Positions 13,535 through 25,870 of a DNA stretch of 64,000 nucleotides are shown piece after piece. The notes beneath the pieces were generated by a model that saw only the letters and a program-made list of their open reading frames with translations, was not told the origin of the DNA and searched no databases. The translations under genes were made by a program, and so were the position numbers. Numbering within the stretch: position 1 is the first letter of the stretch; the number at the start of each line of letters is the position of its first letter. The stretch is taken from positions 8,556,001 to 8,620,000 of the forward strand of contig CDPCPM010000016.1 in assembly GCA_976551045.1 (NCBI GenBank). The letters run 5' to 3'. Source of the stretch: Glaucostegus cemiculus (taxonomy: Eukaryota).

Positions 13535-13561
13535 CTCTCTCTCTCTCTCCCCCCCCCCCCC
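13535..13561. repeat. (CT)n run followed by poly-C
   Basis: ctctctctctctctcccccccccccc. Confidence 0.9.
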
Positions 13562-13766
13562 TTGCATATTAGCAGAAGCAAAAATGTAGGAAAATGCTGT
13601 TCTGGTACTGGTGATTGCCTGGGATACTTGTATGATCAAGGTGAGATAGGGCTATGAATGAGTTTACGGGTCAACCCTTGCTCCTGGAAGCATGATATTG
13701 GAAGGGTTAAAAATTGAATGTTTGTCAGAAGAAAGATACGCTGTGACAGTTAACCAGGTACATTAC

Positions 13767-14502
13767 TGTTACGAAACCAGCAACAAAAGAAGTACACCAA
13801 TTCATACTTCAGTGTTAAAACTACTTTATTAATAACTACTTCCGATAATATGTAAAATAAGAACAAAAAGTTAGTATATTAGTACAAAACAAAATATTAG
13901 AATCTTAAACTATAACCCCAAAACTACTCGTCGTGTGTGTGGCAAATTCCTAAACTCCAAGTCCAAGAATTAGTTCTTAAAGTTCAGTTCAGTAAGCCGT
14001 AAGATGAAACACCAATAAAGGCTTCTTCACAAGCATCGTCCATCGGTAGTGACTTTCTCACCCCGAAAACTCCTGGATCGTGACTGTCCATGCAAATACC
14101 TGTGTTCTTCTACAGGTTAGCAGCAAAGTGAATTCCGTCACTTTGTTCCACAGTATCTGCCACTCTGAAGAGCATCCAAAATGTGGTCATCCACGCAAAC
14201 ACCTGTGTCCTTCTACAGGTTACCAACAAAGTGAGCTCCACTGGACTACTCCAGAAATCTATCAGTGGATCGTAGTGACAAACACAGTTACTGTCCTTCA
14301 TCCATCGACAGAAACAAAACAGGCTGCCGTCTCTCCTTCTTCTCTTTCTCCGTCTGTTTGTCTCTCTCTCTCTCCATCTCTTTTTCTTTCTTGTAATGAC
14401 CTCATCACGTTAGTCTTATCTTCTGTTGACGTAATACGTTGCACACACACACAATGTCCCATCTTAAAGGGATATTTGCCAATAGTAAGCTACTTTGTAA
14501 CA
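13767..14502 (-). mobile_element. Solo LTR, 736 bp, probably Gypsy-type
   Basis: Starts TGTTAC and ends GTAACA (inverted termini). Flanked by a 4-bp direct repeat TTAC at 13763-13766 and 14503-14506. Minus-strand AATAAA at 13825-13830; strand is tentative. Confidence 0.85.
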
Positions 14503-14692
14503 TTACACAAACTTGCTTCTGGGGATCAGAGATGAATACCCTGGTTGTCTACCCTTTTCACAAATGCTGTGGCTAGCTTTCTGGTCCCCTCATAGTGCCA
14601 GGTCAATGGATAATGATACACTGGACATAACAGAAACCAGCCACTAGTGAAAAGTTTTCTTCTGTTGACTGCTGAAGTCAATGGGAGAGAGC

Positions 14693-15755
14693 GATAAAGA
14701 TACAAAAAACTGCAGATGCTGGAATCTGGAGAAAAAAAGAAACTACTGAAGAAACTCAGTGGCACAGGCAGCATCAGTGGAAACAGGGACAGTCAGCAAT
14801 TTGGTCAAGACCCTGTATTCGGACCGAGAGTGTAGAGGGGAGATAGCCAGTATAAAGAGTTATAAGGAGATTCATTATGTCACCACTCTTACACATTTCT
14901 ATAGATGTACAGTGGAGAGCATTCTGACTGGTTGCATTACAGCCTGGTAAAGAGCCTCTAATGTACAGGATCACAAGAGGCCGCAGAGGATTGTAGACTC
15001 AGCTGGCTCTATCACGGACACAGCGCATCCTACCATCAAGGGCATCTTGAAGAGGCGGTGCCTCAACAAGGCGGCATCTATCATCAAGGACCCACACTAT
15101 CCAGGACACACCCTCTTCTCATTACTACCATCGGGGAGGAGGTACAGGAACCTGAAGACCGAAACTCGATGATTCAGGAACAGCTTCTTTCCCTCTGCCA
15201 TCAGACTTCTGAATGGTCCATTAACACTACCTCATTATTCCTTTTTTTTTTACCTGTATTTATTTTTGTAATTAATAGATTTTTATGTCTTTGCACTGCA
15301 CTGCTGCCACCGAACAACACACTTCCTGTCATATGTCAGTGATAATAAATCTGATTCTGATTCTCAGGGGTGGGTTGAGGCAGGATCTGGTAGGCGATTG
15401 ATAGAACCAGGTGCAGAGGAGGATGATGGACAAATGGAGCCAGGTAGGAGGAGAAGAAAATGGAGGTAGAGTGAGAGGATGGAAAGTGATAGGTGGAGAC
15501 AACAATGGGTTGGTTTGTCTGGAATCAAATAATTAAGGAAGGTGATAAGTGGAACCAGATAAGGGAGGGATCTTGGGCGGGTGGAACCAGTAGCAAAGGG
15601 AAAAGAAGCAGGGTAACAGGGGGCGGGGGGGAGGGTCAGGATGGTGGTGGATGTGAGAACCTGGGTGGAACAGAAGGAGAGATAAATGAACACAGATGGT
15701 GCAGGTCACCTGAAATTGAAAAAATCAATGTTCATACCATTGGAAGAGGAACATG
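14693..15755. mobile_element. Penelope-like elasmobranch repeat, split by a Rex/Babar insertion
   Basis: aaaactgcagatgctggaatc...gcagcatc end; purine-rich body resumes at 15365 through aaatcaatgttcataccattgg. Short related ends at about 9620-9690, 15890-15935, 27065-27165 and 38995-39055. Confidence 0.5.
14870..15364 (+). mobile_element. Rex/Babar-type LINE 3' fragment
   Basis: LTHFYRCTVESILTGCITAW is homologous to ORF 40546..40905; ends aataaatctgattctgattct. Confidence 0.85.
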
Positions 15756-16779
15756 ATGGAATACTGGCAGACAGAGTGATAGACTAGCTAGCTTAGTCCA
15801 ATGGCATCACTATTTATAGCAGACTGGAGAATATGGGTGATGACTCCAACAGAATTCTGGAAGGAGCCAAGGTCAAAGAAATTGAGGGAGGTTTTTATTT
15901 CAGATTTACAGTATCTGCAGTTTTTTCATTTTCAAGTTGAGAATTGTTGGGACTTAGAGAACCATGAGCAAAGCACAGCTCCTGGTCCAGCAGGCAACAC
16001 AATCTCTTCAGGTAGATCTAACAAAATTGAATATTGGCTTCTATATCCTTAATGCTGGGCCTATCCTCCAGTCATTAATCTTACCTTTTAAAGGGGTGAG
16101 GAGAAATTTGAATCCTGAGGACACTGCTTCCTCTGACAGATCTCCCATTTAATAAAACTAGCGAGATTAGCAGCCATAATAAACACATACCACTTATAGA
16201 AGCAAGGAAAATGAAAAATGCAGGTAATTTGCAACTTGAAAGCCAAAAACTCTCCTGAATTTTAAACAGTTCAATGGCATTCAAACTCCCTGCTTCAATT
16301 GCTTGCAGCTGAGTTTCCCTTTAAGTGCTGTTTCATGTGTAAGTAATGTGCTTCATGGAATATCAAAATTTGGGAGATTAAAATTTTACTTATTGCATAT
16401 AAGGGAAGGTGTGTGAATTCAGCACTAAATTTATTCAGTTCCATTATGCTATAGCATTATGGAGGATCACACTTCCATGTAATCACTGTGTACAAGTGAT
16501 CTTCAAGATACTGTTATATTTATCGCTTTAAATTGTCAATTGTCATTGTAACATTATATTGAGCTGCAAATTTATGGTAAATTTCTTAATAATAATGAAT
16601 AAATTTCAGGTTGAATTCAAATATGTTCTTTTCTATCCAGTAATTAAAATTTTAATACCCTAGATTTTGATATCCTATAAAGCATGATAGTTGCATATAG
16701 AATTTATAAAAGAAACAGTTTCTCACATGAACTATCTTGACAAAACTAAACAGCTGTAAGCTTGATGTTGTTGTCTATG

Positions 16780-16915
16780 AATGAAAGTCTGCGGATTCAA
16801 GCCCACTTCGGGATTTGAACATGTCCCTTGGGTGTCCCAATGCAATACAGAAGAATGGCTGCCTTGCAGGTGATGTTGACCTTCACGTAAAAGATCCCAT
16901 GGCTGGTAATGTTCT
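16780..16915 (+). mobile_element. Decayed Deu-domain (SacSINE/AmnSINE-like) SINE
   Basis: ggattcaagcccact B-box-like stretch, then cacgtaaaagatcccatggc. Similar relics at about 37068-37175(-) and 63255-63350(+). Confidence 0.45.
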
Positions 16916-18269
16916 AGGAATTGCAAATGAATACCGCTGACAAACCTTGGAGCTTGATGTCAGCTTGTGTAACCTGAATAAATGACAAACAGCCCTGCTT
17001 TTCCAGTTATTTTAAAATGTGTATTAACTGTTCTACTTTCATTGGGCTGATGCCAGTTTTAAAATAGCACTGATCAGAACACTCAAGCTAATGAAATAGA
17101 GGAGTAATTTTAAAACAAATGTAGCTGGTGAAGAAAACAAATGCTGAGCTACTAAATAGTATATGGTAATATAAGCTCACTTATTTTACAATCATATATG
17201 ACCTTGGCAGGACCAAATCATTCTGAAGCTTTTTTTAATGCCTTTTAACAGAATGCCATATTTTGAAAAGAATATGATGATGGAGTATAAGTTTAAATAG
17301 CAACACTTCAAGAACAGAAATTATAGTTACTGTGTACCCAAGGGGTTTTCTATCTCGGGAAGACCTAGTAAAAGTTTTTAAAACTATTAAACAGTCATAA
17401 AAGTCAGAAATAGCCAATGGTTTTCATGTATTTGGAATTCCAGAACCAGGAAGAATTCGATCAAGGTAAGAAAAATGGAAATAAATTGCCATTGCATAAA
17501 GATCTTTGTAATTTTCTGATGTTCACCCAGAACAGATGTGGTCTTGGTTCTTGTTGGGAAAACTACAGACATTCTAACAACAGAAGAGATTCATTACCAT
17601 AAATGATATAAAGTTAATTCATAAGAGAAATAGATTGTGTGCATAAAGGAAATTTTACATAAAATGAAGTACAATAAACAACTGCTTCAAGCAGCAGTAG
17701 ATAGTGATTTGACTGACAGTCAACAAATCACAATGTTCTATTATAGTACACAACATGATCTGCCACATCATTGAGTATCAAAATAAAGAGGAATAACATT
17801 ACAAAGCTGAAGATTCCTCTCTCATGATTCAGTCTTTATTAACATAAGCGCCAACAAAACAAGAAATGTCAGTGAAGAGGTTAGCCTTCAGGTAAGGTAT
17901 TCATGCCAAGAAATCGGTTTGTGTGATGCCACTTTTTGAGTGTTTTGTACTACAATTTCAATGAAAAGACCACTTAAATTTTGGTACTTCAGTTGGCAGT
18001 TTTTTGCTTCCTATCTCTGGACACGATTCCAATGGTACACCACATATGCATGGTAATTTATAAATGTTCATCTGTTAACTACCTTATTGATGAGCCATTC
18101 ACGCAAAAGCATATTTTACGGTGCCTGCGCGGCATGCTTCTGCATAATTTAAAGTTAATCAGCCTAAGTGGACCCTCTGTTGGTGTTGGAAATGCACTAA
18201 GTAGCCTTCATTAAGGTAAGCACTCATCAGGCTCTCCTTCAGACCCTTTAAACCTCCGGTACCCAGAGC

Positions 18270-19560
18270 AAGCACCGAACATCAAGCTCACAATCTTCAT
18301 CTTTACCCTGCAACCACTAGACTACCCAACCACCATAAACATTGGATGACCCAATCACACATCCATCACATCAAAGCTTGACCATCAATTACCCCCGACA
18401 ACTACCAAACCTAACTCCTATCCTATCAATTCTACCATCTGACCACTAATCCTTCTTCCTGAATCACCAATTTTACCCTCCCATCTTGGAAAGCAAACCC
18501 CTAACCATCAATGACCAATATTACACCCTGACTACCCCGTGGACAACCAATCCTATCCACTAAATTCCTTCTCAGCAATTACTGATGCTACCACCTGATA
18601 ACTAATCCTGCCCTTTGATTACTAATGCTTGCTTCACTTGCCACAGATCCTTCCCCTGACCACTCATAATACCAATCCTTACCATGCCAACTACCAACCT
18701 GTCTCTTGTCCTACCAATGCTATATCTGACTACCAATCTTGCTTAGAACCAACCACTCATCTTAACCTCCAGCTATCAATACAATGCTTCCCAATTATCA
18801 ATCCCATCTGCCAAATACCACTTCTACCCCAATTAGCAGTTAATCATTCACCAACTACATCTACCCTTGACTTCCAATTGCTGTTCACCAACCATCTTAC
18901 TCCCCAACTACAAATCCTCACTATCAATCCCACCTGATTACTGATTTTACAGGTTTACTCCTCGACTACCATTTACCCCAACAATCAATCCCATCCCTGG
19001 ACTACTAATCCCTGGACGATTAATCCTAAACTGCACTACCATTCCATTTCCTCACCCCACTGACCAATTCCATATGCCTAACTACCAATCCTAACCTTCT
19101 GACTACAGTTTTGAAGTCTCCAATTATGAATCCCAGCCCTCTGATTGTCAATCCAATCCCAGATTGCCAATCCTATAACCCACTCTGACAATACTATTTC
19201 CCTGACTACTCATCTTCATCTATATTGGTCAATTCTACCTCTGCAATTAGTAATCCCTCCCCTACATTGAAATATAAATCCTACTCCCAAACTATTCATC
19301 TGTTGTACCTTCCAAATGTACCCCGAGCTGGCTCCTAAATCTGAACTCCTCAATTTAGAATCTTTTTCCAATGCTACTCCTCGACTACCAACCCTACAAT
19401 TTAAAAATATCAATCCTATTCTAAGATATCAGTCCTACCTCCTACCAATTAAGAACAACCAACCAACACATTCCCTGACCCATATATTCATCATTCATCC
19501 CCAACAAGTCTCTCTCCTAGCCTCACATCTTTCTCCACCTTGACCCACTCACTCCTCAGT
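18270..19560. repeat. Degenerate minisatellite of about 19-20 bp period, G-poor on the plus strand
   Basis: Recurring ctgactaccaatcctaccc-like units, e.g. near 18439, 18596, 18727, 18998, 19079 and 19381. Confidence 0.75.
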
Positions 19561-20999
19561 CTTTAATCCTAGCTCCAGGTTTATCATGATTTCCTTTGCT
19601 TACATTGCACTGGTGGAGTATTTAAAGGTAAGAGTGTAAATGTGAGGTCTACACAGAAAACTATCATTAATTAGTCATAAACCATCTGACAATTGGGGGG
19701 GGGAGCTAATTTCTGCAAATTATTGTCTTACCTGCTGTATTACAATGTATATAACACTGATATGTTTCCTGTTAGCCTACCTTTAATAAGACCAATATCA
19801 GAGTTGTCCTGCAGCATGCACTTGAAATCAGGTGCACTCATTTTGGTTAAAAATGTCAGCAATCTTGTGTCACCTTTTTAAATAATACAAGATATCTTTG
19901 TATTAAGCATATTGAAAATAAATTTACTGGGATCTAATTATGAGTTTCAAAAAAAACTAATGCAACATAAATTTCTTAATGGTTACTGGTTAATTGGTTT
20001 AGCAATCATAATCAACTGGTCTTTACTGGAACTGAGACTGAAAAAAGGCTTCAGAAATTGCTTGTTTCTTCAATATTACATGATAGTCTATCCCTGCCAA
20101 CTCTGGAACACTGAAAACCTCCCAAAAGCAGTTAGTTTGAAAGCAGGTTTTGGGCTAAAAGTGTCAAGCAGTTTACCAGACTCTCACTGTGATTTCAGCA
20201 GGGATGCACTTTAAATGACTCTCCTGGAACATGAATATGGCAACTCTTGACTACACAGTTTTTAATAACTAAAAAAACCTTTGATCCAGGTGCAAATATA
20301 CATTTTCTATTTTGCATATGATTTATCCAAGTGGCATGAAGAGAAAATGCCAGACAGACTAAAACACAAATTTAGTTTACTTGAGAACAAATCTCTTATC
20401 TCAAAGCCAGAGGATTCATTGCTCCATAAAGGTATCTGATATTATGCAATTGAATTGGAATCATGCATAATTTGTCCTCTTTCTTCAGGGTTAAATATTA
20501 TATTAAATGATGAGATGCTGAGATTAGTTTTAAGATCTTCTGGTCAGCAGCAAATTAGATGACTTTCTCCATACAATGACACTTGCTTTTTTTTTGCTCT
20601 TTGCAGTGTTAGTAAAATTAAATTTAAAAAAAAAAGGCTGGTTTACTTTTTAGCAATGTTAACGATGAAACAGATATTTGCCAAAAATGAGGAATAATTC
20701 ATATGCATTGAGTGTGATGAAGATATATAACATAGAGGTTATGCATTTACAGATGGTTTTAATCAATGGTCAGGAGGTTTCAGCTACAAGCCTGGCTTCC
20801 TTTTAAGGAAAATGCTCATTTTTCAATTGTAACTTTCTACAGGTAAAATCAAATGGATGTCAGTAAACTGCAGATCTCAAATCAAGGCCTAAGTTCATTT
20901 GCTAAGACTATTTTGTCCCTGCAATAAAGAGTGCATGGACTGAAACATACCATGTGCATGCAAGGTACAAAATTCTGCACAAATCTGTAATGCTACCTG

Positions 21000-21330
21000 A
21001 AACAAAAGGAATTCTTACACGTGTGGCAAGTTTCACAACCTCAGATTGCCCTAAAATGCCCTAGTACCAAGCAACTACTTACTGTAAAGTGGGAAATGTA
21101 GTGGCAAATTTGCACACAGAAAGATCTGTCAAACAACAATCTGATATAACCATCAATTTGTTTTTAGTTAGGCTGATAGAAGGATAAGTATAGATTAAGG
21201 CACCATGGCAACTCCTCTTGTGTTCTTTAAGATTGTGCCATGGAATCTTTCTCATTGAAAGAGTAGATTTGGTCTGGGTTGAGCCTCCCATGCAAAATTT
21301 AGCACAACAGCTACTTTGGAGCTGAAGCAG
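21000..21330 (-). mobile_element. Decayed Deu-domain SINE
   Basis: gtgggaaatgtagtggcaaatttgcacacagaaagatc and gtgccatggaatcttt, the reverse of the aaagatcccatggcac core. Confidence 0.5.
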
Positions 21331-21354
21331 AACTGACTTTAGCGAAAATAACCT

Positions 21355-21905
21355 ATAGAACAATACAGCACAGTACAGGCCCTTCAGTCCACCATGTTGT
21401 GACGTCCATCAAACCACACCTCACTATCTAACCCTTTCCTCCCACATATCCCTCTATCCCACATTCCTTCATATGTCCATCCAACAATCTCTTGAACTTG
21501 TCCAACGTATCTGCCTCCACGACCACCCCAGGCAATTCATTCCATGCACCAACCACTCTTTGGGTGAAAAACCTCCTTCTGACATCTCCCCTAAACTTCC
21601 CACCCAAAACCTTAAAGCCATGCCCCCTTGTCTTGAGCATTGTTGCCCTGGGAAAAAGGCACTGGCTGTCTACTCTATCTATTCCTCTCAATATTTTATA
21701 CACCTCTATCAAGTCTCATCTCATCCTCCTCCTCTCCAATGAGTAAAGCCCTAGCACCTTAAGCCTCTCCTCATATTCCATACTCTCTAATCCAGGCAGC
21801 ATGCTGGTAGATCTCCTCTGTACCCTTTCCAACGCATCCACATTCTTCCTATAATGCGGCGACCAGAACTGAACACAGTACTCTTAAGTGTGGTCTAACT
21901 ATAGT
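21355..21905 (-). mobile_element. CR1-type LINE 3' fragment
   Basis: ORF 21428..21712 (IEVYKILRGIDRVDSQ...FFTQRVVGAWNELP); closely related to the copies at 36468 and 37895. Confidence 0.93.
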
Positions 21906-22094
21906 TTGGTAAACCTGTCTTACTGATGCCAGAGATCTGTCGTTAGAAACTCAGCTTGGGGTCAGATATGGCACTAAGGTGGTAAACAGCCTTATCCACT
22001 GTCAGATAGTTGCCAGTAATAGGGATTAAGTTTGTGCCTAAGAAAACTAGTTTATTTGGGGTTGGGGGAGGGGATCTTGACGATGTTTCTGGAA

Positions 22095-23600
22095 CAGAGA
22101 ACAGTATGGCACAGTACGGGCACTTTGGCCCACAATGTTGTGGCAGCCTATATAAACCTTATCCCCATTCAATCTATCCCCCTCTCCACTTCACCTCCCA
22201 TGTGTCTATCTAATTGTCTCTTAAATGACCCTATTGTTTCAGCCCCTACCACCACTCCTGACAGTGCATTCCAGGCACCCAACACACTCTGTGTAAAAAA
22301 AACATGTTTCTGATATCTCCTCTGAACTTTCCTCCACACTTCCTGAATGAGTCACTTCTAGTACTGGCCATTGCTGCCTTGGGGAAAAGAAGCTGGCTCT
22401 CCATTCTGTCTATGCCTCTCAAAATTCTATATACCTCTAACAAGTCTCCTCTAGTCCTCCGTTGCTCTAAAGAGAAAATCTTTAACTTGCTCAACCTCTC
22501 CTCATACAACATGCTCTCCAACTCAGGTAATATATTCTCAATCTCCTCTGCACCCTCTCCAAAGCTTCCACATTCTTCCTTTAATGTGGTGACCAGAACT
22601 GAACACAATATTCCAGGTGTGGTCTAACCAGAGACTTACAGAGCTGCAACATTACCTCTTGGCTCTTGAACTCAATCCCCCAGCTAATGAAGGCCAGCAC
22701 ACCATACGCCTTCTTAACCACCCTATCCACTTGCAGGGCAACTTTGAGGTATCTATGTACTTGGATCTCAAGATCTCTCTGTTCCTCCATACTGCTAAGA
22801 ATCCTGCCATTAACCATGCACTCTGCCTTCAAGTTCGTTCTTCCAAAGTGCATCACTTCACACTTCTATGGATTAAACTCCATCTGCCACTTCTCCGCCC
22901 AGCTCTGCATCCTGGCTAAATCCCGTTGCAACCTACAACAACCTTCTTCACTATCCACGACACTACCAACCCATACTTCCACTTCCTCATCCAAATCATT
23001 TATAAAACATCACAAAGAGCAGGGGTCCCAGAACAGATCCCTGCGGAACACAACTAGTCATCGAACTCCAGGTCGAATACTCCCCTTCTACAACCACCCT
23101 CTGCCTTCTGTGAGTAAGCCAATTTCAAATCCACACAGGCAATTTTCCATAATCTCATACCTCATAACTTTCTGAATGAGCCTACCATGGGGAACCTTGT
23201 CAAACACCTTGCTAAAATCCATATATACATCCACCACACTACCTTCATTGATTTGTTTTGCCACTTCCTCAAAAAACACTATTAGGTTTGTGAGGCATGA
23301 CCAGCCCTTCACAAAGGCATGTTGACTATCCCTAATAAGACTATGCTTCTCCAAATGCTCATAAATCCTGTGCCCAAGAACCTTCTCCACTGACATAAGA
23401 CTCACTGGTCTATAATTCCCAGGCTTATCCCTTTTACCTTTCTTGAACAATGTTTGCCACTCTCCAATCCTCCAGTACCACTCCTGTGGCCAGGGAGGAC
23501 ACAAAGATCATCCTTAATGCTCCAGCAGTCTCTTCCCTTGCTTCCCATAGTAACCTGGGGTTTATCCTGTCCAACCCCAGGGTCTTAATGCTTCTTCATA
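22095..23600 (-). mobile_element. CR1-type LINE, 1.5-kb RT-region relic
   Basis: PGNYRPVSL, YMDFSKVFDKVPHGRL, VPQGSVLG and [14 protein letters not shown] spread over frameshifted ORFs. The catalytic (Y/F)ADD segment appears deleted near 22965. Confidence 0.93.
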
Positions 23601-24502
23601 GCTCCAACACTGCTTGTTTAGTCTGTTCAATATTTAATTGAAGTAATTTCTATTAACAGGATACTGGATATTGGTAAAGTAATCTGCCAAGTTTCAGTAT
23701 CACTTTAGTGGTCCTGGCATTTAATATTGCTAATTTGTCAGCTGACCATAGAGAGGAAGGGAATGAAAACAGAAATTTAGAGTAACTAATTCACATTACA
23801 TAAAAAATTAAAATTTAACAACTATGAAACATTATTCCTCATCCTAGCTCACCTCTTGTCACATCATTATAAATAATTTGGTATGTATTAATGGATAGAT
23901 GCTTGCAAATGGGCATATTAATTTCTGTTCCTGAATGTGGAATAAAGAACTGAAAGCATGTGTAACTGGGTGGCAGTGTGGTTCTAAATACTGGCTTTGA
24001 ACACATCCAGAACAATCAGATGGATTTCTTCCTTGTTGGATATTGGAGTGCAAGATAAAATATCTATATTGTACTAACCCAGTTTCCTGAGGTGTGAACT
24101 TTTAGCACAAGCATGACTAGAAAAGACTAAATTTCCTCTATTTTTAAATTAATTGATTCACTTTTTTTTACAAATCCTTTGTGAATTGATTACACGAATG
24201 GAGGGGATTTCAGTATAAACATATAACCAATGTAACAAAAAAATATTCACAAGGGAATTTCACATTTAAAAAGATAACCTCACTCAAGGGTATGTGTTTA
24301 GTAAGCAGGAGTATTCCTACTGGTACAGCTATACTGAAGTGAAATTAATACAAAATAATTGGACAGTATAAACTAGTTTTACTCTCCATCCAACTCATTG
24401 CACATAAGATAACGATATTCCTTTCCTATCTATTCCATTTTATTCTGAAGACTGCAAATATAAACAGCAACAAAAAAAAATATAAAACATACATATATAA
24501 TA

Positions 24503-24523
24503 TACACACACACACACACACAC
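24503..24523. repeat. (CA)n microsatellite
   Basis: About 10 CA units. Confidence 0.9.
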
Positions 24524-25279
24524 AAGAGAAATATAAGTTATTGAAGTAAGTAAAGTCTGCATATTGGTGTCCTATTAACTTGGGCAAATATTTTAACAAT
24601 GTAATGAAAATGAATCATAAACAGGGAATAAATATTCAAAGATTTACTTGACATAGCTTCACAGCTGCATGTAAATCTGACTGCTGTCAAAAAATATACA
24701 ATATCAAATTATCTGCAAATACTTTCCCTGCTTATGACTGTAGAACTCCCTCATAGCCCTGATATCAATATTTCCATAAAACATGTTCATCAAAGTTATA
24801 TACATTATTGTCTGGTAATATCATTTAAGTAGCTCAGCTACAACAGGGATCAACTGGAAATCTTGGATGCTGTTGCTTGAACAGTCCGCTTGATTTGAAT
24901 GTGACAATATAAGTAATTCAAGGTCAGCATCATCATTTTGGTTCTACAAACTGCACCCAAAGTATTCTGCATTTTTTTGAAGCTCAGAACAACAAATACA
25001 CACAAATATTTACCTAATGCATTAAATAGCATATAGGCATTTCTGCTTTACAATGCTGCCCCAAACATTACAATATAAAATGCCACATAAAACAAACAAT
25101 AGCATCACATCTGAAAATGCTTTAAAACTGACTAAAGTTTTGGAAGTCCTATCATTTGATTATATAGATTTATACATCAATTAATTCATACACAGGAAAA
25201 TACCCAGCAATTGAAATGAAAAACCACATAATCTGGATACAATAATTACTGCAATAATTTCCTACCTCAATGCAGGAAA

Positions 25280-25870
25280 AAGACGTGAGCACCTTACATT
25301 AGAGGTTCAGACCAGAGTTTAAGCATAAGCCAAAGAAGGCTAGCTGTCTGAAGTTGCTTCAAAAACATTAACACGCGTTTGAGGTGTAGAAAGTTAAAGC
25401 AAAGTATCATTATTTAGTAGTTAATTTCTTTGGACTGAGGTAGACATTACTCAAGCTTCTGTCATCAATGATAGGCAACAGGGAGAGGGAGGGAAAGACA
25501 GTCCAGTGGTAGTAGATATTGGAGGGTGTGAACAGGAATGATGGCTCTATGTGTTTGCTAAGATAAGGATGTGTAAGCTGAGCAGGAATTTGTATGACAG
25601 TGTTTTCAAATTCAGTTGATGAGGAACAGTGAACTGATGGAATTTAACAGGGACAGAGTTGGTGGACAACGAATACAACATGTGAGGTATGATGTTGGCA
25701 GTAAAATTCAGGATATACTGAAGTTCATAGATTGCAGCATGGGAGAAGTCTGAAGATAACCAAGGCATGGATGTGGCTTTCAACATCTGTAGGAAGTATG
25801 GGATAAATCTGAGGATATTGAGCAGTACAGATATTTGATAGGAGTCATGGGCAGAAACGATTATGGGATT
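25280..25870 (-). mobile_element. Decayed L2-like LINE relic
   Basis: Purine-rich plus strand with an aaccaaggcatggatgtggctttca-type signature; no intact ORF. Confidence 0.35.

Noticed and set aside
14080-14535. 151-aa ORF
   Set aside because: It lies almost entirely inside the solo LTR, runs through a CT-rich tract, and has no recognisable domain.
18270-19560. CRISPR array, telomeric repeat or mitochondrial insertion
   Set aside because: The context is eukaryotic, with no constant repeat plus unique spacers, no TTAGGG array and no recognisable mitochondrial gene.
21473-23175. Plus-strand ORFs of 84-169 aa, and similar minus-strand ORFs at 36502 and 37973
   Set aside because: They are antisense shadows of CR1 ORF2 and recur wherever the repeat does.
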